64,000 bases of DNA from Macrostomum lignano (GCA_002269645.1 NIVC01002626.1:1-64000); one strand, 5' to 3'. Shown: positions 48,960 to 62,185, counted from the first letter of the stretch. A program made the numbers and translations. The notes: generated by a model not told the origin, from the sequence alone.

Positions 48960-49650
48960 ATCTGTAGTCTGTAGTCTGTTCCCTGCATCTCTACTGTCTT
49001 CCCTGCATCTCTAGTCTGTTCCCTGCATCTCTACTGTCTTCCCTGCATCTGTAGTCTGTTCCCTGCATCTCTACTGTCTTCCCTGCATCTGTAGTCTGTT
49101 CCCTGCATCTCTACTGTCTTCCCTGCATATGTAGTCTACTCCCTGCATCTCTACTGTCTTCCCTGCATCTGTAGTCTGTTCCCTGCATCTCTACTGTCTT
49201 CCCTGCATCTGTAGTCTGTTCCCTGCATCTCTACTGTCTTCCCTGCATCTGTAGTCTGTTCCCTGCATCTCTACTGTCTTCTCTGCATCTCTACTGTCTT
49301 CCCTGCATCTCTACTGTCTTCCCTGCATCTCTACTGTCTTCCCTGCATCTCTACTGTCTTCCCTGCATCTGTAGCCTGTTACCTGCATCTCTACTATCTT
49401 CCCTGCATCTCTAGCCTGTCTCTTCCCTGCATCTCTAGCCTGTCACCTGCATCTCTAGCCTGTCACCTGCATCTGTAGTCTGTTCCCTGCATCTCCTGTC
49501 TCTTCCCTGCATCTCTAGCCTATCTCTTCCTGTATCTCTAGTCTTTTCCCTGCATCTCTAGCCTATCTCTTCCTGCATCTCTAGTCTTTTCCCTGCATCT
49601 CTAGCCTATCTCTTCCTGTATCTCTAGTCTTTTCCCTTCATCTGTTCCCT
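48960..49650. repeat. 20-bp minisatellite (CCCTGCATCT + CTACTGTCTT or GTAGTCTGTT) with a 40-bp dimer period
   Basis: Two 20-mer variants alternate regularly over about 49000-49280. Confidence 0.93.
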
Positions 49651-49651
49651 G

Positions 49652-49713
49652 CAGCTCAGCTGTCGGTTGCACATCTGGCCATTGGGGCAGGTGTAATCAA
49701 CTATTATTATCAT
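49652..49713 (+). mobile_element. 3' tail fragment of the CORE-like SINE
   Basis: CAGCTGTCGGTTGCACATCTGGCCATTGGGGCAGGTGTAATCAACTATTATTAT matches the SINE 3' end. Confidence 0.8.
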
Positions 49714-50261
49714 ACGAAACTCAAAAGGTACGCACAGAAATGCATTACAAGAGTATTAAACGAGTAGTTTTGATGTCGAAGGACAGAATCTTTCACGAAT
49801 AAAATTGTGTATGCATGCACAGCACTGCGTCTGCAATTGATGGATTTTATAGATAATTCATTTTTCGTCTCTCCTCGAGAGGACCTGCGGAGAGACGGCC
49901 AGGCCAAGAGAGAGCTAAACAAACTGGCGCATAAAGCCTGCTCTTTTAACAGTGTAGAGAGAATCTAAAAAAGTCAGGAAGAATTCCTTTGGTAACAACA
50001 ATATTTTCACATTTTCTCTGTTCCCTCTAGCCTGAAATGCGTCCAGTCTCTGTTGGTATATGAGGATGCATACTACTGGCTATTCCCAGTCGGAAAGATA
50101 AAAATCAACTGCAACCCTCAGTGCGTTTTCATCGATAAAGATTTGGGACGATTGACAATTAGAATGTGTTGTGCCTAAGATGTTCCTGCTTTATGTCTGC
50201 ACTTAACCTGCCGCTTACCGCATTATTTCTTCATGTGGCAGCTGGCACTGTCACTTCTAAT

Positions 50262-52245
50262 CTCTCTGTCTCCCTCTCATTCCCATTCTAATCTCTCTCT
50301 GTCTCCCTCTCATTGCCATTCTAATCTCTCTCTGTCTCCCTCTCATTGCCATTCTAATCTCTCTCTGTCTCCCTCTCATTCCCATTCTAATCTCTCTCTG
50401 TCTCCCTCTCATTCCCATTCTAATCTCTCTCTGTCTCCCTCTCATTCCCATTCTAATCTCTCTCTGTCTCCCTCTCATTCCCATTCTAATCTCTCTCTGT
50501 CTCCCTCTCATTCCCATTCTAATCTCTCTCTGTCTCCCTCTCATTCCCATTCTAACCTCTCTCTGTCTCCCTCTCATTGCCATTCTAATCTCTCTCTGTC
50601 TCCCTCTCATTCCCATTCTAATCTCTCTCTGTCTCCCTCTCATTGCCATTCTAACCTCTCTCTGTCTCCCTCTCATTGCCATTCTAATCTCTCTCTGTCT
50701 CCCTCTCATTCCCATTCTAATCTCTCTCTGTCTCCCTCTCATTCCCATTCTAATCTCTCTCTGTCTCCCTCTCATTCCCATTCTAATCTCTCTCTGTCTC
50801 CCTCTCATTCCCATTCTAATCTCTCTCTGTCTCCCTCTCATTCCTATTCTAATCTCTCTCTGTCTCCCTCTCATTGCCATTCTAACCTCTCTCTGTCTCC
50901 CTCTCATTGCCATTCTAATCTCTCTCTGTCTCCCTCTCATTCCCATTCTAATCTCTCTCTGTCTCCCTCTCATTCCCATTCTAATCTCTCTCTGTCTCCC
51001 TCTCATTCCTATTCTAATCTCTCTCTGTCTCCCTCTCATTCCCATTCTAATCTCTCTGTCTCCCTCTCATTCCCATGCTAATCTCTCTCTGTCTCCCTCT
51101 CATTCCCATTCTAACCTCTCTCTGTCTCCCTCTCATTCCCATTCTAATCTCTCTCTGTCTCCCTCTCATTCCCATTCTAATCTCTCCCTGTCTCCCTCTC
51201 ATTCCCATTCTAATCTCTCTCTGTCTCCCTCTCATTCCCATTCTAATCTCTCTCTGTCTCCCTCTCATTCCCATTCTAACCTCTCTCTGTCTCCCTCTCA
51301 TTCCCATTCTAATCTCTCTCTGTCTCCCTCTCATTCCCATTCTAATCTCTCCCTGTCTCCCTCTCATTCCCATTCTAACCTCTCTCTGTCTCCCTCTCAT
51401 TCCCATTCTAATCTCTCTCTGTCTCCCTCTCATTCCCATTCTAATCTCTCTCTGTCTCCCTCTTATTCCCATTCTAACCTCTCTTTGTCTCCCTCTCATT
51501 CCCATTCTAATCTCTCTCTGTCTCCCTCTCATTCCCATTCTAATCTCTCTCTGTCTCCCTCTCATTCCCATTCTAATCTCTCTCTGTCTCCCTCTCATTC
51601 CCATTCTAACCTTTCTCTGTCTCCCTCTCATTCCCATTCTAATCTCTCTCTGTCTCCCTCTCATTGCCATTCTAATCTCTCTCTGTCTCCCTCTCATTCC
51701 CATTCTAATCTCTCTCTGTCTCCCTCTCATTCCCATTCTAATCTCTCTCTGTCTCCCTCTCATTCCCATTCTAACCTCTCTTTGTCTCCCTCTCATTCCC
51801 ATTCTAATCTCTCTCTGTCTCCCTCTCATTCCCATTCTAATCTCTCTCTGTCTCCCTCTCATTCCCATTCTAATCTCTCTCTGTCTCCCTCTCATTCCCA
51901 TTCTAACCTCTCTTTGTCTCCCTCTCATTCCCATTCTAATCTCTCTCTCTGTCTCCCTCTCATTCCCATTCTAATCTCTCTCTGTCTCCCTCTCATTCCC
52001 ATTCTAATCTCTCTCTCTGTCTCCCTCTCATTCCCATTCTAATCTCTCTCTGTCTCCCTCTCACCCCCATTCTATTCTCTCTGTCTCCCTCTCATTCCCA
52101 TTCTAATCTCTCTCTGTCTTCCTCTCATTCCCATTCTAATCTCTCTCTCTGTCTCCCTCTCATTCCCATTCTAATCTCTCTCTGTCTCCCTCTCATTCCC
52201 ATTCTATTCTCTCTGTCTCCCTCTCACCCCCATTCTATCCCTCCG
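50262..52245. repeat. 33-bp pyrimidine-rich minisatellite, about 60 copies
   Basis: Unit TCTCTCTCTGTCTCCCTCTCATTCCCATTCTAA; 11-aa periodicity in the spurious ORFs. Confidence 0.97.
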
Positions 52246-53180
52246 TCTATATTTCTCGCAACCAAGCGTGTCCATCTGCATTCGAGCTTCACTGTTTACT
52301 CTACTTGGCTAAATCTGCAAAAGTCAGCTCCCGAGTTAAAAGCTGCACAGTCTCTCTTCCTGTCCTTGTTATCATCTAGCATCGCATTAATTTTGACCAG
52401 GTTAATTACGAGCTAGAAACTCGTCAGACCTGTAATGGAGATCCAGCTGCATGTAGCCTAACAAAAATTGGCAGTGTTGGTTCCTTCCGCTTGCTTCTCC
52501 AAGCTGGGGACTAGCTTATACAGATGAGAGTCGTCGCCCCTCCGCTGCCCCGCGGAATTAACTTCCTTTCGTGTGTGCTGTTTTTTGTTATTTTCTTCCC
52601 CAGCCACGATTGAATCAACACAGAGCTTGCGAACTGAGCTGTTCCTGATATGCTGCTGTCCAGAGCAAATTTGAGACGTGCACGGGATGAGATAACTGAG
52701 GAATGACTGCGGCGAGCGGGCTGCCTTAGGGGGGAGGGGGACCGCTGGGGAATCTGCTTTGACTGCAGCCTGCCTGTGTCCCTGCTGCTTGCTGCTGCTG
52801 CTGTGTATTCTTTTCGCCTTCTTCGAAAAAGAAATTAGAGACGGGCCGGAACAGAGATGGGCCTCCACCGTCGCCCCCCCCCCGTTACCGCCGCCGCTGC
52901 CACCGCAGTTGATCTCCGCTCCTCAGATGAGAGGGCGTGACAGGGGGTGTTAGGCGAGAGAGGGCCGGCCCCCTCCGTGTCTTCCTCCTTCTACTCCCTC
53001 ATCCTCCTCGCAACTGCGGAATTAGTAGCTTAAGCAGTCCGTATGCAGGGAAGCGGGCACGTGTGTGCTCGGTCGGACTACTCTAGTCCTTCTTAATCCT
53101 GTCTGACCTCCCGCTATTCTGGTTGTCGGCAAAAGGCTTTACTTTGAGTTGCTTTTAGGAGTGGGCTCCGTGTGAGCCTT

Positions 53181-53533
53181 TCCTCTCCTCTCCTCTCCTC
53201 TACTCTCCTCTCCTCTCCTCTCCTCTCCTCTCCTCTCCTCTCCTCTCCTCTCCTCTCCTCTCCTCTCCTCTCCTCTCCTCTCCTCTCATCTCCTCTCATC
53301 TCCTCTCTTCTCATCTCCTCTCATCTCCTCTCCTCTCCTCTCCTCTCCTCCTCTCCTCTCCTCTCCTCTCCTCTCCTCTCCTCTTATCTCCTCTCATCTC
53401 CTCTCTTCTCATCTCCTCTCTTCTCATCTCCTCTCATCTCCTCTCCTCTCTTCTCCTCTCCTCCTCTCCTCTCCTCTCCTCTCCTCTCCTCTCCTCTCCT
53501 CTCCTCTCCTCCTCTCCTCTCCTCTCCTCTCCT
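53181..53533. repeat. (CTCCT)n pentamer microsatellite
   Basis: Direct repeat. Confidence 0.97.
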
Positions 53534-55039
53534 TACTGTAAGCCTATCAGTGGCATTGCGATGGTTTTTCACACATAACATTTGAATGAAATGACCAACA
53601 TACATGCGACTGAATTCATCAGAAAGAAGAGATGTGCCGCTTTAAAATCACACCAAAGTTGTACTTGCAGCTGCTATTGTTTTTGTTCTTAGGGGTTGGC
53701 CCTCATAGGTGTTAATCACCCAGCAGCTCATGCTTAATCGAACCAGGGTTTGTGGCGCGAGAGTCGGTCTAAAGGTTTATTACAAAAATTAGTATTGAAT
53801 AAAACCAGGTGTTGATTTCGTCCTTGAACTTTACGTTATGATCGCAATATTTCAAAAAAAGAAATACAAGCAACAGACATGTGGTTAAACACGCATTTCT
53901 ACTTAGACGAGAGTGAAGGACAATCGACTAAATGCAACACGACTCTGCACTCAACTTCCTATTGATTGCTTCAAAAAGCGAATTCAAATTGCATGTAGAT
54001 CGAGAATCGTTTTCTTCTATTCTACATGTAGTTTTAGTTGAGCACATTTCTTAGACCACTTTATAACGATAGGCATGCAGTTATCATTTAATCAGCTCAA
54101 ATGAATGCGACCCGACTCATGGATTTGAACCAGGGGTCTCTTGCCTAATGAAACAATAATTTTTTTATTCAGCTGCCGAAAGACACCTGCTGCGTTATTG
54201 GTTTAAAAAAATGAATTACAGAGAACTGCTTGTTTAAGAATCGTCTCTTCATATGTGCATTTGCAAGAGTGAACTCCTCTCTTTTCTACTCGTATAGTGG
54301 TTCCCCAATTTGCTGATTCTTTCCACTTATACTCGGGCACAGGGCACTCCAGAAGGCTCACAGGCATGTAGCTTGTGTGTTGAGTTGAGCGGCTTAACAG
54401 CATAGGGTGGGAAAGATTGAGAATCCATGCTACGTCTGAGAGCCTCTATGCCGAAGTAATTTGACTTTGAATGAACATATCGCATTACTCTCCCGCCTCG
54501 CCTTTCGCCTCTCGCCTTTCCCACCGGCCTGGGAACGCTAAGCTAAGCTATTCACGTCATTAACAAGGCCGACTGGCACCTCTTCCCTGCGGGTGTGGGC
54601 TGGGAAGTAAGTGGGTTTTCGAGAGGGCACGTGGAGGTTAGCGGGCCTGGATTAGGCGAGAGGGGGAGCGTGAGGAAGGCGAGAACTCACTTTAGAAAAA
54701 TAAGAAGTGTACTCGGTTTCTGGCGACTACTTACTCCCCGTGTCTGTCGCTCGCTTCTCTCTTCCATCCTCCTTCGTTCTCCATATTCGTGCCTCGCTTC
54801 GCAACTAACGGATTGACCGGGCTTACGTGAAAGTGAGGACCCCCGTAAATAGCGTAGTAGAAGAAATTCAATTAGTGCCGCTTCGAGATGGCGAGCCTGT
54901 GCGAGAGTATTGAAAGTGGGTGAGGCCTGTGGACATATGGGATGGATTATAGAGGAATATAGACATGTCAGCAGACTGATAGACACTAAGATACCAAGAA
55001 GTAAAAGCGTAACGCCACTAAGGCAAGAAGACAAACGAG

Positions 55040-56195
<1,156 letters not shown>

Positions 56196-56255
56196 TCTAG
56201 GTATCAAAATTATCATTAGTTAATCCTGAGCCACCTCCACTTCATCAATTATCAG

Positions 56256-56416
56256 GGCTATTACAAAGACACGGTCGAGTTCTACTTCGACTCGCGCGAC
56301 GAGTGCAAGCACTTTTGGAAGAAGTGCATCGAGCATCACACGTTCTTCCGTTGTCAAGCGGTTAAGCTAACTAATCGGCCAAAGCCTAAAGTGGTGTCCA
56401 AGGGTTCGACATTTAG
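56256..56416 (+). CDS. FARP: FERM gene exon 7 (GYYKDTVEFYFDSRDECKHFWKKCIEHHTFFRC...SKGSTFR)
   Basis: End of FERM-C (FWK.C.EHH.FFR) and start of the FERM-adjacent domain; CAG/GTGAGA boundaries; phase 0/2. Confidence 0.95.
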
Positions 56417-56493
56417 GTGAGAATATCAGATTTTTTCAAATCAAGTGTTTAACTTGCAATCTGCATTTTTACTTACGCAACCCACCAAATTAG

Positions 56494-56568
56494 GTATTGC
56501 GGCCGAACTCAGAAACAGCTGGTTGAGTTTGTGCGCGAGAACTACGTGAAGCGGCCGCATTTTGACCG
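56494..56568 (+). CDS. FARP: FERM gene exon 8 (YCGRTQKQLVEFVRENYVKRPHFDR), FERM-adjacent domain
   Basis: GSTFRYCGRTQ motif formed across the junction; TAG/GTGAGT boundaries; phase 2/2. Confidence 0.93.
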
Positions 56569-56602
56569 GTGAGTACTCGTAGTTTACTTTGTCACTTTAT
56601 AG

Positions 56603-56913
56603 CAGCAACCCTGACAGCACCCCTGACAGCACCCCTGACAGCAACCCTGACAGCAACCCTGACAGCAACCCTAACAGCAACCCTGACAGCAACCCTAACA
56701 GCAACCCTGACAGCAACTCTGACAGCAGCTCTGACAGCAACCCCGACAGCAACCCTAACAGCAACCCTGACAGCAACCCTAACAGCAACCCTGACAGCAA
56801 CCCTGACAGCAGCTCTGACAGCAACCCCGACAGCAACCCTAACAGCAACCCTGACAGCAACCCTAACAGCAACCCTGACAGCAACCCTGACAGCAACCCT
56901 GACAGCAACCCTA
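56603..56913. repeat. 12-bp minisatellite CAGCAACCCT(G/A)A, upstream of exon 9
   Basis: About 26 copies. Confidence 0.96.
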
Positions 56914-56959
56914 CCACTAGCTAGCTCATTAGCTGATGCCCCCCAATCTCCTGCCCCAG

Positions 56960-57459
56960 TGGGTCCGGAGCTCGGTCCCTGCCGAGCCGGTCTCCCGGCG
57001 CCAGGCGCGCGCCGCACCTGCAGCAGTCGTCGCAGTTCAACACTCAGCAGCGCGAGCACCGGCCTCACCTGTTAAACAGCAGCTCGGCAAGGTCGGCCAA
57101 CTCCACATCTTCTGGTTCGCACACTCTGCTGCTACTAGGAGAATTGGCTTCTAGCAGAGAGCTCGGTCTTCAACAGCAACATTTTCGCCTGCACCATCAC
57201 GGCCGCCATGCCAACAGCAACAGCAGCTCCGCCGCAGCCGCTGGCGCCGGCGCCAACTCGGAAGTCACACCCGGCAATCACCGCTCGGTGACCGCATCGC
57301 CGACTTCGTCGACGCCGAGCCGGCAGCCGTACGGCCGGGCGAGATCTCTGCCGGACGGCGGTGAGGGTGTCGAGGAGGAGAGGCGGCGAACCTCTCCGAA
57401 GCGGGAGACCCCGGCAGATGGACGGTTGGACGTCTCTGAGGAGGCGCCTCTGCCGCCGG
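56960..57459 (+). CDS. FARP: FERM gene exon 9, low-complexity linker (GSGARSLPS...EEAPLPP)
   Basis: CCCCAG acceptor with a CTGAT branch-like motif; 500 nt open in the required phase 2; phase-1 donor GTGCGT at 57460 (alternative phase-1 donor GTGAGG at 57361). Confidence 0.7.
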
Positions 57460-57530
57460 GTGCGTTCTGCAACCATTTCTGTTTTAAAATTGTTGTACTT
57501 TTGAAAGAGTCCATTGTACATACAGACCGG

Positions 57531-58395
57531 ACAGCAACCCTGACAGCAACCCTAACAGCAACCCTAACAGCAACCCTGAAAGCAACCCTGACAGCAACCC
57601 TAACAGCAACCCTGAAAGCAACCCTAACAGCAACCCTAACAGCAACCCTGAAAGCAACCCTAATAGCAACCCTGACAGCAATTCTGACAGCAACCCTGAA
57701 AGCAACTCTGACAGCAACCCTGACAGCAACCCTGACAGCAACCCTAACAGCAACCCTAACAGCAACCCTAACAGCAACCCTGACAGCAATTCTGACAGCA
57801 ACCCTAACAGCAACCCTGAAAGCAACCCTGACAGCAACCCTAAAAGCAACCCTGAAAGCAACCCTAACAGCAACCCTAACAGCAACCCTGACAGCAACCC
57901 TGACAGCAACCCTAACAGCAACCCTAACAGCAACCCTAACAGCAACCCTGAAAGCAACCCTGACAGCAACCCTAAAAGCAACCCTGAAAGCAACCCTAAC
58001 AGCAACCCTAACAGCAACCCTGACAGCAACCCTGACAGCAACCCTAACAGCAACCCTGAAAGCAACCCTAACAGCAACCCTTACAGCAACCCTAACAGCA
58101 ACCCTGAAAGCAACCCTGAAAGCAACCCTGACAGCAACCCTAACAGCAACCCTGAAAGCAACCCTAACAGCAACCCTGACAGCAACCCTAACAGCAACCC
58201 TGACAGCAACCCTAACAGCAACCCTGACAGCAACCCTAACAGCAACCCTGAAAGCAACCCTAACAGCAACCCTAACAGCAACCCTGACAGCAACCCTAAC
58301 AGCAACCCTAACAGCAACCCTGACAGCAACCCTAACAGCAACCCTGAAAGCAACCCTGAAAGCAACCCTGACAGCAACCCTGACAGCAACCCTAA
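57531..58395. repeat. 12-bp minisatellite CAGCAACCCT(G/A)A, downstream of exon 9
   Basis: About 72 copies; same unit and orientation as 56603-56913. Confidence 0.97.
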
Positions 58396-58411
58396 AATAT
58401 TTTGCCATAAG

Positions 58412-58720
58412 AGGTTTGTAGCCCAGTGGTCAGAGCTTTAGACTCACGCTGAAAGGTCGGGGGTTCGATTCTCGACCCTCTCGGAACAATTTGTGTCCTT
58501 GAGCAAGACACTTAACTCTGAACTGCTTCAGTTCACCCAGCTGTAAAATGGGTGCCAGCATTAGCTGGGGTAATTGAGGGTGTGTGTGGCGACCCCCCAG
58601 TCCTTGGACTGAACAGCCGTACGCAGCCTTCAGATGCGCCGCGCAATAGCTGCGGCTGAGCTGTCGGTTGCACATCTGCCTATTAGGGCAGGTGTAATCA
58701 GTTATTATTATTATATTATT
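58412..58720 (+). mobile_element. tRNA-derived SINE with CORE-like domain (best-preserved copy)
   Basis: A box TAGCCCAGTGG, B box GGTTCGATTC, then TGTGTCCTTGAGCAAGACACTTAACTC...TTCAGTT...CTGTAAAATGGG (compare MIR CORE TGTGACCTTGGGCAAGTTACTTAACC...CTCAGTTT...CTGTAAAATGGG), and a (TTA)n tail. Confidence 0.9.
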
Positions 58721-59440
58721 ACACGTGGGTTGTATATTTAGGAATAGCTAAAGCAGCCAGCAGCTTTGGCACCTCCAAGTCTTTCCCAGCTGCTCCAAGA
58801 CAACACTCTTCAGTGGAACGACCGAAATTTTCTCAAACTGCTGCTAGTAAACCAACTTTCATAAAGAAACGACTGTACATGTAAATCCACGCTATAACTT
58901 ACCCTACCATAGTTTACTAAACCAAGCCAAGCGATCAGTACTGGCTTTCCACCACTGCCTCATCCACCCCCGCTGGGACCTCATGACTCGACTGGCTGTC
59001 TCCCACTGCAGCATCCTCATCTCGAATGCTCAGCCTCCCAGTCTGATTAATGCAAATTGCACACTAAGCTGCTGCCAAACCCCCCCCCCGCTGGAGTTGT
59101 CTGTGCCTCCTGCGTATCCTTTCCCAATGTTCCATCCCCAACTCCCCAGTCTGCCAGTTGTGTAGGCAAGTTTTAACTTTCGCGTCTTTTTTTCACCCAG
59201 CCAACCCTGACTAGGCATGTATTTGCATAGTATAGTATGTTGCTGCTGCTACTGTGTGTGAGTTTGTGAATTGCTTTTACTGAGCATTCATAAGTTCCCT
59301 CCCGAGACAGTGTTCGCATAATTCAATTTATCTGTTGGCGAAGCAAATTTTTTCTCAATGATACAGTCAATATATCATTATAGCACTGGGATGGCTAATT
59401 TTCTTTGCGTGCAGTTGCACCTCTTTGACTTAAACCGCAG

Positions 59441-60010
59441 CCCTCCCAGAGTGTCAGTTGCTGGGCCAGCCCCCCAGAGTGTCAGTTGCTGGGCCAGCCT
59501 CCCAGAGTGTCAGTTGCTGGGCCAGCCCCCCAGAGTGACAGTTGCTGGGCCAGCCTCCCAGAGTGTCAGTTGCTGGGCCAGCCTCACAGATCCTCAGTTG
59601 CTGGGCCAGCCTCCTAGAGTGTCAGTTGCTGGGCCAGCCTCCCGGATCCTCAGTTGCTGGGCCAGCCTCCTAGAGTGTCAGTTGCTGGGCCAGCCTCCTA
59701 GATCCTCAGTTGCTGGGCCAGCCTCCCAGAGTGTCAGTTGCTGGGCCAGCCTCCCAGATCCTCAGTTGCTGGGCCAGCCTCCTAGAGTGTCAGTTGCTGG
59801 GCCAGCCTCCCAGATCCTCAGTTGCTGGGCCAGCCTCCCAGATCCCCAGTTGCTGGGCAGCCTTCCAAAGTGTCAGTTGCTGGGCCAGCTTCCCAGAGTG
59901 TCAGTTGCTGGGCCAGCCTCCCAGAGTGTCAGTTGCTGGGCCAGCCTCCCAGAGTGTCAGTTGCTGGGCCAGCCTCCTAGGATCTGGGCCTCCCAGGAGT
60001 GTCAGTTGTG
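59441..60010. repeat. 28-bp minisatellite (CAGTTGCTGGGCCAGCCTCCCAGAGTGT), upstream of exon 10
   Basis: About 20 copies. Confidence 0.96.
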
Positions 60011-60119
60011 GGCCACTTCCAGCCTACCAAATCTTCCCAAATCCTCAGGCTAGTTCAATGACCCCAGGTTCTCAGGTTAGTCCAAATCAATGTTCCTCAA
60101 CGCACTTCTCAACCATCAG

Positions 60120-60337
60120 ATGGAGTGGATCTGCCGCCGCCGCCACTGTCTGAGCAAGATAACTCAACAGAGTTGGCTCAGCAGCAGCAGCAGCAGCAGA
60201 AGGGACCGCCGTACATTGCCGGTGTCACCTACGAGACCAGAGTGCGGGCTGCCGGCTCTGGCGACCGGGCCAGCACCATTCTTGGCGACCGCGAGGAGCT
60301 GGCCATCATCCAAGACTGTGCTGATGAAGGACTGCAG
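60120..60337 (+). CDS. FARP: FERM gene exon 10 (DGVDLPPPPLSEQ...DCADEGLQ)
   Basis: CAG acceptor and GTAATG donor; 218 nt open in phase 1/0, consistent with exon 9. Confidence 0.78.
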
Positions 60338-60409
60338 GTAATGTTTGTGTAGACGGGCTGAGACTCTTGTAAGTGGATCCCTGCCAGATATTGTGCTCTG
60401 AGGCCTCTA

Positions 60410-61440
60410 AAACCTCAGTTGCTGGGACATCTTCTCAGATCCTTACTTGCTGGGCCAGCCTCCCAAATCCTCAGTTGCTGGGCCAGCCTCCCAAATCCTC
60501 AGTTGCTGGTCCAGCCTCCCAGATCCCCAGTTGCTGGACCAGCCTCCCAAATCCTCAGTTGCTGGACCAGCCTCCCAAATCCTCAGTTGCTGGACCAGCC
60601 TCCCACAGTGTCAGTTGCTGGGCCAGCCTCCCACAGTGTCAGTTGCTGGGCCAGCCTCCCAGAGTGTCAGTTGCTGGACCAGTCTCCCAAATCCTCAGTT
60701 GCTGGACCAGCCTCCCAAATCCTCAGTTGCTGGACCAGCCTCCCACAGTGTCAGTTGCTGGGCCAGCCTCCCAGAGTGTCAGTTGCTGGGCCAGCCTCCC
60801 AGAGTGTCAGTTGCTGGACCAGTCTCCCAAATCCTCAGTTGCTGGACCAGCTTCCCAGATTCTCAGTTGCTGGACCAGCCTCTCAAATCCCCAGTTGCTG
60901 GACCAGTCTCCCAAATCCTCAGTTGCTGGACCAGCCTCCCAGATTCTCAGTTGCTGGACCAGCCTCTCAAATCCCCAGTTGCTGGACCAGTCTCCCAAAT
61001 CCTCAGTTGCTGGGCCAGCCTCCCAGAGTGTCAGTTGCTGGACCAGCCTCCCAAATCCCCAGTTGCTGGGACAGCCTCCCAGAGTGTCAGTTGCTGGGCC
61101 AGCCTCCCAGAGTGTCAGTTGCTGGACCAGTCTCCCAAATCCTCAGTTGCTGGACCAGCTCCCAAATCTCAGTTGCTGGACCAGCCTCTCAAATCCCCAG
61201 TTGCTGGACCAGCCTCCCAAATCCTCAGTTGCTGGGCCAGCCTCCCAGAGTGTCAGTTGCTAGGACAGCCTCCCAGAGTGTCAGTTGCTAGGACAGCCTC
61301 CCAGAGTGTCAGTTGCTAGGACAGCCTCCCAGAGTGTCAGTTGCTAGGACAGCCTCCCAGAGTGTCAGTTGCTAGGACAGCCTCCCAGAGTGTCAGTTGC
61401 TAGGCCAGCCTCCCAGAGTGTCAGTTGCTGGGCCAGCCTC
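60410..61440. repeat. 28-bp minisatellite, same family as 59441-60010, downstream of exon 10
   Basis: About 36 copies, with AGAGTGT and AAATCCT variants. Confidence 0.96.
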
Positions 61441-62185
61441 TTAATTCCATTTTCAGTTGCATAAGCCCAGCTGGTATTAAACTTTTGCAACCCAAATACA
61501 CTCCATCAGTCACTGTAAATAAATGCATAGGAACTCTACCCACTCAAGCGTCAGCAAGCTTTATTTTCTAGACTGCTCTCTTCCAGACAGCTTGGAATTG
61601 AATTTCAATCCAAGCCTTAACCATAAGCTGCTTTGACGAAAATGAATTGGCAAAAGGAGCTGCCGCTAGCAGACAGAGCGGCAGAGGCGAGCGGACTGAC
61701 TGTGAAATAGGATTCCAGAGCCGCTCGCAGCTGTTGCAGAAATGAAAATTTATATGAATCTGTGCATATATATACAAATATATATATTACATAGGCTGAA
61801 CTTCAAGGAGTTGAGTTTGTCAGGGAGATTAGGAAAACAAAATATTAGAACCTTTTTTCGAAGTGTTTCTACTGTCACGCAAACGCAGTTGAAACTGTCT
61901 GAGAATTACAGTGCAGATGGGCCTGGGGATTAGTGCCACTAAGCCTAATTAATCTTGTTGACAGCGAGTTTTGTTTCTCATTTCGATAGATGATTTATTA
62001 CGAAGAAAATTAGCACTTTAAAAATCCAGCGTGGCATCCGGTTGAACTCTTTTGATTCATAAATTGTTTTTCAACGATTTCTTTGAGCAAGCCTGTTGAC
62101 TACTACTGACTAGTAGAGACTGGATCAAATTTTTTTATTTTAATGCTCTGCAAAATCTTCTTATTTCTACGGCTTTGTTCAAACT

